The notes beneath the pieces were generated by a model. It saw nothing but the letters and a program-made list of their open reading frames with translations, had not been told where the DNA came from and did no database searches. From assembly GCA_018830005.1 (NCBI GenBank), contig JAHJTE010000001.1:65332-129331 (forward strand): a DNA stretch of 64,000 bases. The letters are read 5' to 3'. Position numbers and translations under genes: made by a program. This stretch comes from Candidatus Omnitrophota bacterium. GTDB taxonomy: Bacteria; Omnitrophota; Gorgyraeia; JAHJTE01. Every line of letters starts with the position of its first letter. The stretch's first letter is position 1. Shown one piece after another: positions 1 through 8,453 of the stretch.

Positions 1-893
1 TTTTTAATATGATAAAGACCATACCCGGCTACAGGGAATTAGATATAAGTTTCTGGTTTTTGTTGTTCTTTTCAGTATTTTTCGGGATATTAATAGGCGA
101 TGCTGGATACGGATTAGTATTTTTGCTTATTAATTTAGTTTGTCATATAAAGTTTAAAGACTCGCGCTTGGATAAGTCTGTATTTTTCCTTATGTATGTT
201 TTAAGCTCTTCTGCCATAATCTGGGGAGTGTTATCCGCTACATTTTTTGGCAAGGCATATCTTCCTGCAGGAGTCGGACCGCTGCTTCCTTTTTTAAAAG
301 AACATTCCAATGTCCAGGCCCTGTGTTTTTTTATAGGCGCCCTGCATTTAAGTATTGCACATTTTTGGAGACTCCTGCGTAAGTTACCAGGATTAAATGC
401 CGCCTCTGAGGCTGGCTGGATAGCAGTGCTCTGGGCAGCGTACTTTTTGGCAAGGCTGTTAATTCTAGGGGCTAGTTTTCCTGTCTTTGCTAAATGGCTG
501 TTTGGCACAGGAACCGCATTAATAATTTTATTTTCAAGTCCAAGGAAAAATATCCTCAAAGGTATTGGCTTCGGAATTGGAGATTTTCTTCTTCATGTTA
601 TAAATAGTTTTACAGATGTTGTATCATACATTAGATTATTTGCAGTAGGAGTCGCAACTGTTGCAGTTGCAGATGCCTTCAATCAGATGGCCTCTTCCAT
701 AGGATATAATAATCTATTGATGGGATTTCTGACAGCGCTGATTCTCTTATTCGGACATACCTTAAATATTCTTTTGGGTGCAATGGCAATTTTGGTTCAT
801 GGCGTTAGATTGAATGTCTTGGAATTTTCCAGCCACTTAAATATGGAATGGTCAGGTACAGAATACGCACCGTTTAAAATCAGGGAGGAATAA
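1..893 (+). CDS. ntpI: V-type ATP synthase subunit I (a), 5'-partial
   Basis: Membrane protein with FGILIGDAGYG, SYIRLFA and HGVRLNVLEF motifs; frame is open to the window edge; followed by subunit K. Confidence 0.93.
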   Translation, partial: FNMIKTIPGYRELDISFWFLLFFSVFFGILIGDAGYGLVFLLINLVCHIKFKDSRLDKSVFFLMYVLSSSAIIWGVLSATFFGKAYLPAGVGPLLPFLKEHSNVQALCFFIGALHLSIAHFWRLLRKLPGLNAASEAGWIAVLWAAYFLARLLILGASFPVFAKWLFGTGTALIILFSSPRKNILKGIGFGIGDFLLHVINSFTDVVSYIRLFAVGVATVAVADAFNQMASSIGYNNLLMGFLTALILLFGHTLNILLGAMAILVHGVRLNVLEFSSHLNMEWSGTEYAPFKIREE

Positions 894-895
894 AA

Positions 896-1345
896 ATGGA
901 TACAAGCTTATTAGTACAGTTTAAGGATTTAGGTGTTGCAGCATCACTTGCGTTTGCAGCAATGGGCTCTGCCTTAGGTTCTGGTGCAGCGGGTATGGCT
1001 GCGGTTGGTTCTTGGAAAAAATGTTTTGCCCAGAACAAAAATGCACCCTTTATCCTTACTGTCTTCGTAGGAGCGCCGCTTTCTCAGACAATTTACGGCA
1101 TGATAGTGATGAATGCGCTCCTAGAGTTAGCAAGCAAAGGCCAATTTATGTGGGCAGCAGGAATTCTGGGTGGCATGGCAATGGGGCTGTCTGCCTGGAT
1201 GCAGGGCAAGGCTGGCGCAGCTGCCTCTGATGCAATGGCAGAGACAGGCAAGGGCTTTGGTAATTACCTTATGGTTCTGGGTATAATTGAGACAGTAGCG
1301 CTGTTTGTGATGGTGTTTATTCTCATGGCAGCAGGCAAGATGTAA
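896..1345 (+). CDS. ntpK: V-type ATP synthase subunit K (proteolipid, 4 TM)
   Basis: Gly/Ala-rich duplicated hairpin, PLSQTIYG and GIIETVALF with the ion-binding Glu. Confidence 0.92.
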   Translation: MDTSLLVQFKDLGVAASLAFAAMGSALGSGAAGMAAVGSWKKCFAQNKNAPFILTVFVGAPLSQTIYGMIVMNALLELASKGQFMWAAGILGGMAMGLSAWMQGKAGAAASDAMAETGKGFGNYLMVLGIIETVALFVMVFILMAAGKM

Positions 1346-1367
1346 AATCATAAGAAACAGGAAAATT

Positions 1368-1709
1368 ATGACTGATTCTTTTAAGGATTGCATATTCTGC
1401 AAAATTATTAAAAAGGAAATTCCGGCAAAGATTGTTTTTGAAAACGATACAGTCCTAGCCTTTCCGGATATCAACCCTAAGGCAAAAACGCATATCTTAA
1501 TAATTCCCAAAGAACATCGAAAAGGATTGTCTGCGCTGGAAGAGAATGATATTTCATTATCCGGCAGGCTAATGGTTGCAGTCGCTGATGTGGCCAAAAA
1601 GATCAAGCTGGATAGCTACCGGGTGATTATTAATGTTGGTCCGGATGCTGGTCAGACGATTTTTCATTTACATCTGCACCTTATGTCACCTGATGGTGGT
1701 ATGGTCTAG
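1368..1709 (+). CDS. HIT (histidine triad) nucleotide-binding protein
   Basis: CIFCKI N-terminus, AGQTIFHLHLH triad. Confidence 0.93.
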   Translation: MTDSFKDCIFCKIIKKEIPAKIVFENDTVLAFPDINPKAKTHILIIPKEHRKGLSALEENDISLSGRLMVAVADVAKKIKLDSYRVIINVGPDAGQTIFHLHLHLMSPDGGMV

Positions 1710-1816
1710 GATTTCTTATCTCTCTATAGCCGCAATCTAAAAAAGGTATCTCGCTTTATTAAGGTAGGAGAAATGACAGCGAGAAGGGACTTGAAATTGC
1801 TAGAAGAGAGTAAATT

Positions 1817-2611
1817 ATGAAGATATTTGTTTTTATCGTAAGCTTTATTCTTTTCTTGGTTTTCTACACAAGATATATAGAGAAAAGAAGTATATTTTTT
1901 CCCTTTAAAGAGATAGAGGTTACGCCGCAGGATATAGGCCTAGGCTTTGAAGAGGTAAATTTAAAAACCCCAGACGGAGAAAATATTCATGGCTGGTATG
2001 TGCCAGCTGGAGCCAATAAAAAGGTTTTGCTTTTTTTGCATGGCAATGGCGGCAACATCAGCCACAGACTAGAAAAAATAGCAATCTTTAATGAAATCGG
2101 CATAACCACATTCATTATTGACTATCGGGGATACGGAAGAAGCACTGGCAGGCCAACTGAAGACGGAATATATCTAGATGCCCACACAGCCTATAACTAT
2201 CTTGTTAAAGAGAAAGGCATAACCGCTGATGAGATTATAGTCTTTGGAGAATCCTTAGGGGCTCAAGCGGCGATTGATTTGGCAGGCAAAGAAAGAATAG
2301 CTGCGCTTATTATAGAAGCAGCGTTTACATCTGCTAAGGATATGGCGCGTGCTATCTACCCGTTCTTACCTACAATTTTTTTGTCTGTGCGTTTTGATTC
2401 GGCGGCTAAGATTCCTAATATAGATTGCCATAAACTGATAATTCACAGTCGTAATGACGAAATCGTTCCTTTTAAATTAGGTAAAAAATTATATGAGAAA
2501 GCTCGCCAGCCCAAAGAATTCTTAGAGATTATCGGAGCGCACAACAACGCAGTCTTTGATTCAAAAGAATTATTTGCAGCAAGAGTTAAAGAATTTATAA
2601 ATAAATTATAG
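1817..2611 (+). CDS. Membrane-anchored alpha/beta hydrolase (BEM46/ABHD13-like)
   Basis: N-terminal TM, HGNGGN, DYRGYG, GESLG nucleophile elbow, catalytic D and H. Confidence 0.88.
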   Translation: MKIFVFIVSFILFLVFYTRYIEKRSIFFPFKEIEVTPQDIGLGFEEVNLKTPDGENIHGWYVPAGANKKVLLFLHGNGGNISHRLEKIAIFNEIGITTFIIDYRGYGRSTGRPTEDGIYLDAHTAYNYLVKEKGITADEIIVFGESLGAQAAIDLAGKERIAALIIEAAFTSAKDMARAIYPFLPTIFLSVRFDSAAKIPNIDCHKLIIHSRNDEIVPFKLGKKLYEKARQPKEFLEIIGAHNNAVFDSKELFAARVKEFINKL

Positions 2612-2622
2612 CAAGACTAGAT

Positions 2623-3165
2623 ATGGGATTGATTATCAGAGAGCCCTATGTCCTTATCAGACGCTGGCGTTTATTTTTTGCCTATGTCGCTTTTATTTAC
2701 ATAAGCCTGCCCTTTGCCCCTGGCATCTGGGAAAGGCTTATAGCCAATTTCGGCAATAGGGTAGAATCATCTCTTTTTGTTATAGTTGTTCTCGCTGGCA
2801 CCCTTATAATCTTTAAATTTTTATCGTTAAGAAGACAGCAAACATTAGTTGGGATATTGATTATTTGTGTTGTTTTTTCTCTTTTTTTAGTTATCTTGCG
2901 CAGTCTCAAACTTCCCGCAGAAAGAATTCATTTATTTGAATATGTAATATTACCGCTGTTCATCTACCGCTCTCTCAAGAAAGAGCAGAAGATAAGCACT
3001 ATATATGTCAAGATTTTTGTAATTGGCTTTATCGCTGGATTCATTGATGAGGTAATTCAGTATATGCTTCCTAATCGAGTTTTTGATGTGAAGGATATAC
3101 TTTTGAATGGCAACGGTGTATTATTGGGTCAAGGTCTCCTATATTGCTTTAAGCATTTGTCTTGA
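2623..3165 (+). CDS. VanZ-like membrane protein
   Basis: ERIHLFEY, DEVIQYMLPNR and D..DILLN motifs. Confidence 0.75.
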   Translation: MGLIIREPYVLIRRWRLFFAYVAFIYISLPFAPGIWERLIANFGNRVESSLFVIVVLAGTLIIFKFLSLRRQQTLVGILIICVVFSLFLVILRSLKLPAERIHLFEYVILPLFIYRSLKKEQKISTIYVKIFVIGFIAGFIDEVIQYMLPNRVFDVKDILLNGNGVLLGQGLLYCFKHLS

Positions 3166-3226
3166 TACCTAACAAATAGGATTTTCTGATACTAGCATTA
3201 GTGCTATAATACATACACAGGAAGAT

Positions 3227-4156
3227 ATGGTTGAGGTTCAGGCAAATAAAGGAACGATAAAAGATAGGCTTTCTAGTCTGTCTACTTTTCCTGATGAGCG
3301 AGGAATCAAGTTAGAAGATAAACAGACCTTTGATGCGCTTTTTAGGCAATTGCAGCCTGAGATTTCCGAATTTAGTTTTACTAATCTTTTTTGCTGGCAA
3401 GAGGCATACTCACTTGCCATATCAAGATTAGACGACTTTTTAATCATCTCTTCAAAGCAAGACGATGACGTGTTGTTTTTTGCGCCTCTTGGCAATGGCG
3501 ATTTAAAAGGGATAGTTAGAGTTTGTCTAAAGCAGGTTCCGGGTGCTAGGGTTTTTCGTGTTCCTGCCTCTCTTGCCTTGCTCTTTTCCAATGAGGCAGG
3601 TTTTAAAATAAAAGAAGACCGCGATAATTATGATTATATTTACCGCAGGGTTGATTTGGTCGAGCTCAAGGGCAAAAAGTATGATGCAAAAAGAAATTTC
3701 ATCAGGCGCTTTATTAACACATACAAGCCTGTTTTGAGGAAGATGTCAGAGGCTGACATAGAAAATTGCCTCAAGTTTCAAGAAGAGTGGTGCGATTATA
3801 GGTCTTGTGGCAACGATGCTGGCTTGATGAGAGAAAAAGAAGCAATTAGAGAAATGCTTTCTAATTTTGAGGCACTTCAACTCTCCGGGGTTGTTATTGA
3901 AATCAACGCAAAATTAGAGGCATTTAGTTTGGGTGAAAAACTCAATGATACTACATTCGTCGTGCACGCAGAAAAAGGCAATGGGAAATTCGTTGGTATA
4001 TATCAGGCAATTAATAATTTTTTTGCCTCTAGTATCCCTGAGAGTTTTTCCTTTATAAATCGCGAGCAAGATTTAGGCCTGATGAATTTAAGAAAAGCAA
4101 AGACTTCATATCAACCGCATACTTTCATTAAAAAGTTTATTGTTTCAAAGAGCTAA
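3227..4156 (+). CDS. DUF2156 / LPG-synthase C-terminal-like (GNAT-fold) protein
   Basis: SEFSFTNL, DYIY...L.GKKY..KRN, HAEK, INREQDLG...LRKAK.SY.P. Confidence 0.82.
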   Translation: MVEVQANKGTIKDRLSSLSTFPDERGIKLEDKQTFDALFRQLQPEISEFSFTNLFCWQEAYSLAISRLDDFLIISSKQDDDVLFFAPLGNGDLKGIVRVCLKQVPGARVFRVPASLALLFSNEAGFKIKEDRDNYDYIYRRVDLVELKGKKYDAKRNFIRRFINTYKPVLRKMSEADIENCLKFQEEWCDYRSCGNDAGLMREKEAIREMLSNFEALQLSGVVIEINAKLEAFSLGEKLNDTTFVVHAEKGNGKFVGIYQAINNFFASSIPESFSFINREQDLGLMNLRKAKTSYQPHTFIKKFIVSKS

Positions 4157-4163
4157 AAAATTT

Positions 4164-4682
4164 ATGTTGCAAAAAATATTATTGAATTTAGGAATTATTT
4201 TCTTAATCCTAGGAGGTGCAGCTATGGCCTTAGAGATAGAGAGCCCCGCATTCAAAGCAGGAGAATTTATACCAAAAAAATATACATGCGAGGCAGATGA
4301 TATCTCTCCTCCTCTTTTTTGGAAAGATGCTCCAGAAGGAACAAAAAGCTTTATCTTAATTAATGATGATCCGGATGCGCCTGGTGGAGATTGGGTGCAC
4401 TGGTTAGTTTATAATATACCGGTCCAAGTAAACCGTCTAGAAGAGAATATGCAAAAAATGCACTTTATGGCTAATGCGATGCAAGGGCTTACAAGTTTTG
4501 GCAGTGTCGGCTATGGCGGGCCGTGTCCTCCACCGGGCAAGCCACACCGTTATTTCTTTAAGCTTTACGCCTTGGATACTGTTTTAGGTTTAAAGCCAGG
4601 TGCAAACAAGAAATCATTGCTTAAAGCAATGCAAGGACATATTTTGGCAGAGGCAGAATTAGTTGGTTTATACAAAAGATAG
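4164..4682 (+). CDS. YbhB/YbcL (PEBP/Raf kinase inhibitor-like) protein
   Basis: DDPDAP, WVHW, YGGPCPP, HRYFFKLYALD; start is 4164 (signal peptide) or 4224 (strong SD). Confidence 0.92.
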   Translation: MLQKILLNLGIIFLILGGAAMALEIESPAFKAGEFIPKKYTCEADDISPPLFWKDAPEGTKSFILINDDPDAPGGDWVHWLVYNIPVQVNRLEENMQKMHFMANAMQGLTSFGSVGYGGPCPPPGKPHRYFFKLYALDTVLGLKPGANKKSLLKAMQGHILAEAELVGLYKR

Positions 4683-4694
4683 AGGCAATAATTT

Positions 4695-5486
4695 ATGGAT
4701 AAAATTATAAAAGTTCTTGAGAAGATAGGTAGTTATGTTATTCATGCCCTCCAACTTGCCGGCGCAATAATTTGTTTTCTTATTGATGTCTTTGCTACTG
4801 TTTTTCGAAGGGGCCTGCGGCCTCGTCAGATAGCTGACCAGATATATGAACTAGGCGTGAGTGCATTCTGGATTGTAAGTATTGCCTCTTTGGCTACGGG
4901 AATGGTGTTGGCTGTTCAGTCTGCCGTAGTTTTAGTGCGCTTTGCGGCAACAGAATATATCGCCAAATTGGTTGCCCTATCTTTAGTTAGAGAGTTAGGT
5001 CCGGTATTGACAAGTCTCATTTTTATCGGCAAATCCGGGGCAAAGGTTTCTGCTGAGATTGGGGCGATGAATGTCAACGAACAGATTTTAGCCACGCGTG
5101 CCTTGGGGATTGACCCCATTGATTTTTTTGGTATCAGCAGAATTTTAGCTTGTATAATAGTGTTGCCACTTCTTGTCTTTTGGTGTGAGATTTTGGGAAT
5201 CTTGGGAGGAATGCTTATAACGGTTTTACAAGAAGGTGTAAGCTGTTTTTCTTATATAAATCAGACATTCGATTCTATACGCATTGTTGATTTTGTCGGC
5301 GGTATGGTTAAAACGCTATTTTTCTCCCTAATTATCGGGATAATCTGCTGTTATAAAGGGTTTCGAACAAGGGGTGGTTCCATTGGAGTTGGCAAATATA
5401 CAACTGAGGCTGTAGCGCTTTCAAGCATCTTGGTTATAGTTTCTAATTTCTTATTGACAAAAATAATTATTAATTTCTGGGGGTAG
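4695..5486 (+). CDS. mlaE: MlaE-family ABC permease
   Basis: RELGPVLT, AEIGAM..EQI.A..LG.DP motifs; operon with ATPase and MCE genes. Confidence 0.9.
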   Translation: MDKIIKVLEKIGSYVIHALQLAGAIICFLIDVFATVFRRGLRPRQIADQIYELGVSAFWIVSIASLATGMVLAVQSAVVLVRFAATEYIAKLVALSLVRELGPVLTSLIFIGKSGAKVSAEIGAMNVNEQILATRALGIDPIDFFGISRILACIIVLPLLVFWCEILGILGGMLITVLQEGVSCFSYINQTFDSIRIVDFVGGMVKTLFFSLIIGIICCYKGFRTRGGSIGVGKYTTEAVALSSILVIVSNFLLTKIIINFWG

Positions 5487-5489
5487 GAG

Positions 5490-5831
5490 ATGACTAATAG
5501 AATATTTATTCTTATAGGCCTAATGCTTCTTGTGATTATTTTTACAGGTTGCGCTTCTGGTTCTTGGGCTAGGATAAGAGGAGACTATGCAATAAAAGAG
5601 GCTGATTGGATTAGAGAGGGAAGCCCTATAATCTATGAGAGTAAGAGTTTGTATCCTACTGAACACGTTGAGAACCATCTGGATAGGGAAATGGAATATG
5701 TAGGAGAATTCCAGCAGGTTCCTTTTTACGTAGAGCTGCGCCAGATAAAACCTTACAATCGGCTTTATACAAAATTTAACTATCATAAATACAGATTGTT
5801 TCTCTTAAAAGAAAAAAATGATAGAGATTAA
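5490..5831 (+). CDS. Hypothetical lipoprotein
   Basis: Signal peptide with lipobox FTGC; tightly packed between mlaE and mlaF. Confidence 0.7.
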   Translation: MTNRIFILIGLMLLVIIFTGCASGSWARIRGDYAIKEADWIREGSPIIYESKSLYPTEHVENHLDREMEYVGEFQQVPFYVELRQIKPYNRLYTKFNYHKYRLFLLKEKNDRD

Positions 5832-6546
5832 AAACCTAACAAAGAGTTTTGACGGATATTTAGTCTTAGATAATATAAGTTTGAAGGTAGATACAGGAGG
5901 ATTCTTTACGCTTATGGGCGGAAGCGGTCAGGGTAAGTCTGTATTTTTACAACATATTATTGGCTTGCTTAAACCCGATTCCGGCACAATCTTTATTGAT
6001 AGCCAGGATGTTACAGGATTAAGTGAGAATGAACTTTTAGCCTTGCGGAGTGATGCTGGCTATCTTTTTCAGGAAGGAGCGCTTTTTGATTATCTGAATA
6101 TTTTTGATAATCTTGCTTTGCCGATAAGGGAACATACTAAAAAAGAAGAAGGCGAGATTCTTAAGATGGTTGAGGCGGCGTTAAGTGAGGTAGAGTTAGA
6201 AGGTATAGCTGAGAAATTTCCTGTTCAAATCAGCGTTGGTATGAGAAAGAGAGTCGCTTTAGCCAGGGCAATCATATTAAGGCCGAAAATATTATTATGC
6301 GATGAACCTACAGCTGGGCTTGATCCAGCAACAGGCTATTCGATTTCTCGCTTGATTTTGAAATTATGCCATGAATTAAATACTACAACCATTGTCGTAA
6401 CCCACGATTGTCTGAATTTTTTTGATATAAGTGGTAGCATCGCTATTATCCATGCGGGTAAGATCTTAGCTGTTGGCAATCAGGAAGAGATTAAGAGTAG
6501 TCAAGACCCAATAGTAAGAAAATTTATTCCCCAGCTTATTCATTAG
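5818..6546 (+). CDS. mlaF: MlaF-family ABC ATP-binding protein
   Basis: Walker A GGSGQGKS, FQEGALFD, Walker B LLCDEPT, H-loop VTHD. Confidence 0.9.
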   Translation: MIEIKNLTKSFDGYLVLDNISLKVDTGGFFTLMGGSGQGKSVFLQHIIGLLKPDSGTIFIDSQDVTGLSENELLALRSDAGYLFQEGALFDYLNIFDNLALPIREHTKKEEGEILKMVEAALSEVELEGIAEKFPVQISVGMRKRVALARAIILRPKILLCDEPTAGLDPATGYSISRLILKLCHELNTTTIVVTHDCLNFFDISGSIAIIHAGKILAVGNQEEIKSSQDPIVRKFIPQLIH

Positions 6547-6571
6547 TCACTGGTAAAATCGGAGGCTGATT

Positions 6572-7186
6572 ATGAAATCAAGGACAAATAAAGAAATTAT
6601 TGCCGGAGCATTTTTTGTTGTTAGTATATTTTTTATTATTATTGTTATCTTTTCATTAGGGGCAAAGGTAGGCATCGGAGAATCCAAATTTTACCAATAT
6701 GTACTCTTTAATGACATCGGAGGGCTAAAGATAGGTGCACCAGTGAGAATTTCAGGTGTAACAGTAGGCTCTGTTGTTGATATAGAGTTTATTAGGCCTG
6801 TCCAATCCGGACAGCGGGTCAGGGTTACCTTAAGCGTACTTTCCAAATACAAAAAGGAACTGGACGAACACTCCTTATACACAGTTAAGACCGAAGGATT
6901 GCTAGGAGATAAATTAATAGACATCCAGAAGAACCCTACTGCCATGCCAGTGCAACTATCAAAGAAAGGATATGTTATAGGTCAGGATGCAATTGATTTA
7001 TATAATCTGGCCGATGATTTTAGTGAGACAACAGAATATTTTAATTACCTATCTACAAAGATGGCAGGCCTTGTAGATGATTTGCAAATATTTACTCGTT
7101 TATCTGCCAGAACCGTAGAGCGGGTGGAAGATAAGGTCATTGAAGGTGGTCTTTTTAGTTTGTTCACCAAGAGTGGCGAGAAATAG
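6572..7186 (+). CDS. mlaD: MlaD/MCE-domain protein
   Basis: N-terminal TM, GLKIGAPVRISGVTVG, EGLLGDK. Confidence 0.88.
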   Translation: MKSRTNKEIIAGAFFVVSIFFIIIVIFSLGAKVGIGESKFYQYVLFNDIGGLKIGAPVRISGVTVGSVVDIEFIRPVQSGQRVRVTLSVLSKYKKELDEHSLYTVKTEGLLGDKLIDIQKNPTAMPVQLSKKGYVIGQDAIDLYNLADDFSETTEYFNYLSTKMAGLVDDLQIFTRLSARTVERVEDKVIEGGLFSLFTKSGEK

Positions 7187-7196
7187 TTGATAATAA

Positions 7197-7225
7197 TTGA
7201 CTTAAAACCCGTTATTCTTTATAAT
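7197..7225 (+). promoter_or_regulatory. sigma70-type promoter for tRNA-Val/tRNA-Asp
   Basis: TTGACT (7197-7202), 17 bp, TATAAT (7220-7225), 12 nt before tRNA-Val. Confidence 0.8.
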
Positions 7226-7236
7226 GCTAATTCCTG

Positions 7237-7310
7237 GGGCGGTTAGTTCAGTTGGTTAGAACGCCTGATTTACATTCAGGAGGTCACAGGTTCAAGTCCT
7301 GTATCGCCCA
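7237..7310 (+). tRNA. tRNA-Val(TAC)
   Basis: Acceptor GGGCGGT/ATCGCCC, anticodon arm CCTGA-TTTACAT-TCAGG, T-loop TTCAAGT; CCA not encoded. Confidence 0.95.
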
Positions 7311-7333
7311 CGTATTTTAGGATGGTTTAAACG

Positions 7334-7412
7334 GGGGGTGTAGCGTAGTATGGTTTAACGCGTCAGATTGTCGATCTGAAGACCGAGGGTTCAAATCCCT
7401 TCACCCCCGCCA
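7334..7412 (+). tRNA. tRNA-Asp(GTC)
   Basis: Acceptor GGGGGTG/CACCCCC, G discriminator + CCA, anticodon arm TCAGA-TTGTCGA-TCTGA. Confidence 0.93.
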
Positions 7413-7507
7413 AGAAAATTAACTTGCGGTTGCTAGCAATAATCATAAAATAGAATAGATGTATTTAAAATAACTCTGCAGTATTTAGCAGAGTCGAGGA
7501 AGGTAGT

Positions 7508-7894
7508 ATGAAAGGATTAACGCTTGTAGAGCTAATGATTGTTTCTCTTATTTTAGTAGTTGCCATAGTGGCCTTATTGGTTGTTTTTATTAATGCCCTA
7601 AATCAAATTGCTCTTACAAAGGAAATAAATATTGCTACGGATGATCTTACGGATGTATTAGAGCGGATTAAGACTACTGCCTTTGTAGATCTTACTACTC
7701 AATTCCCTGATGGAGCAGTTATTAATTCTACCCTTATAGGAGGTTTTCTTCTGCAGGATGAGGCCATTGTTGTGCGTTACCCTCAAGGCACCAACGTTGA
7801 TCCTTTAGAGATAGAAGTTGAGTTGACTTGGACGAGTAAAGATAGTAGAGCGCGATCTCAAATCTTCAAGACGCTGAGGACGCAGATGCTATGA
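7508..7894 (+). CDS. Type IV minor pilin (PilV-like)
   Basis: Prepilin motif KG|LTLVE followed by hydrophobic helix. Confidence 0.85.
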   Translation: MKGLTLVELMIVSLILVVAIVALLVVFINALNQIALTKEINIATDDLTDVLERIKTTAFVDLTTQFPDGAVINSTLIGGFLLQDEAIVVRYPQGTNVDPLEIEVELTWTSKDSRARSQIFKTLRTQML

Positions 7895-8442
7895 ATAAAA
7901 CCGGCGTAACGCTAATTGAGATTTTAGTTGTTACTGTCATTATTGTGATACTAGTCGGTATATTAAGCTTTTCTCTCATTCAGGCGCGCTCTGTGTTTCA
8001 ATCAGGCGATATCTTGGTTTCTCTTCAGTCTGACGCACGCCTCGGTATTAATCATATGCTCACCGATTTAAGAAGGACGGCGTACACGCAGATGACAATC
8101 TTGCAAAACACGCCCTCTGCTGGTATAGATTCAATTACATATCACTTACCTCTTGATGGCGATTCTGATGGGCTCCCAGATATAGTCGCAGACGCATTGG
8201 TATGGGATACTACGGATATAACAATTAGCTTAGATACTGCCACTTCCTCTTTGATCAAGACCGTGAACTCCAATGAGACTGTCTTAGCTAATAATGTTAA
8301 AGATATAAATTTCTTCGACCACAATCTTGATGCGACATTATATTTGGATGAATTAAAGGTCATAATGGAATTAGAAAAGACAAGTAGCGAAGGCAGGACG
8401 CACAATTTTATCTCCACCAGTATAATAAATATGCGCAATTAA
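7891..8442 (+). CDS. Type IV minor pilin (PilW-like)
   Basis: TG|VTLIE prepilin motif; overlaps upstream stop; ends INMRN. Confidence 0.85.
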   Translation: MNKTGVTLIEILVVTVIIVILVGILSFSLIQARSVFQSGDILVSLQSDARLGINHMLTDLRRTAYTQMTILQNTPSAGIDSITYHLPLDGDSDGLPDIVADALVWDTTDITISLDTATSSLIKTVNSNETVLANNVKDINFFDHNLDATLYLDELKVIMELEKTSSEGRTHNFISTSIINMRN

Positions 8443-8453
8443 GGCAGGCTAAA

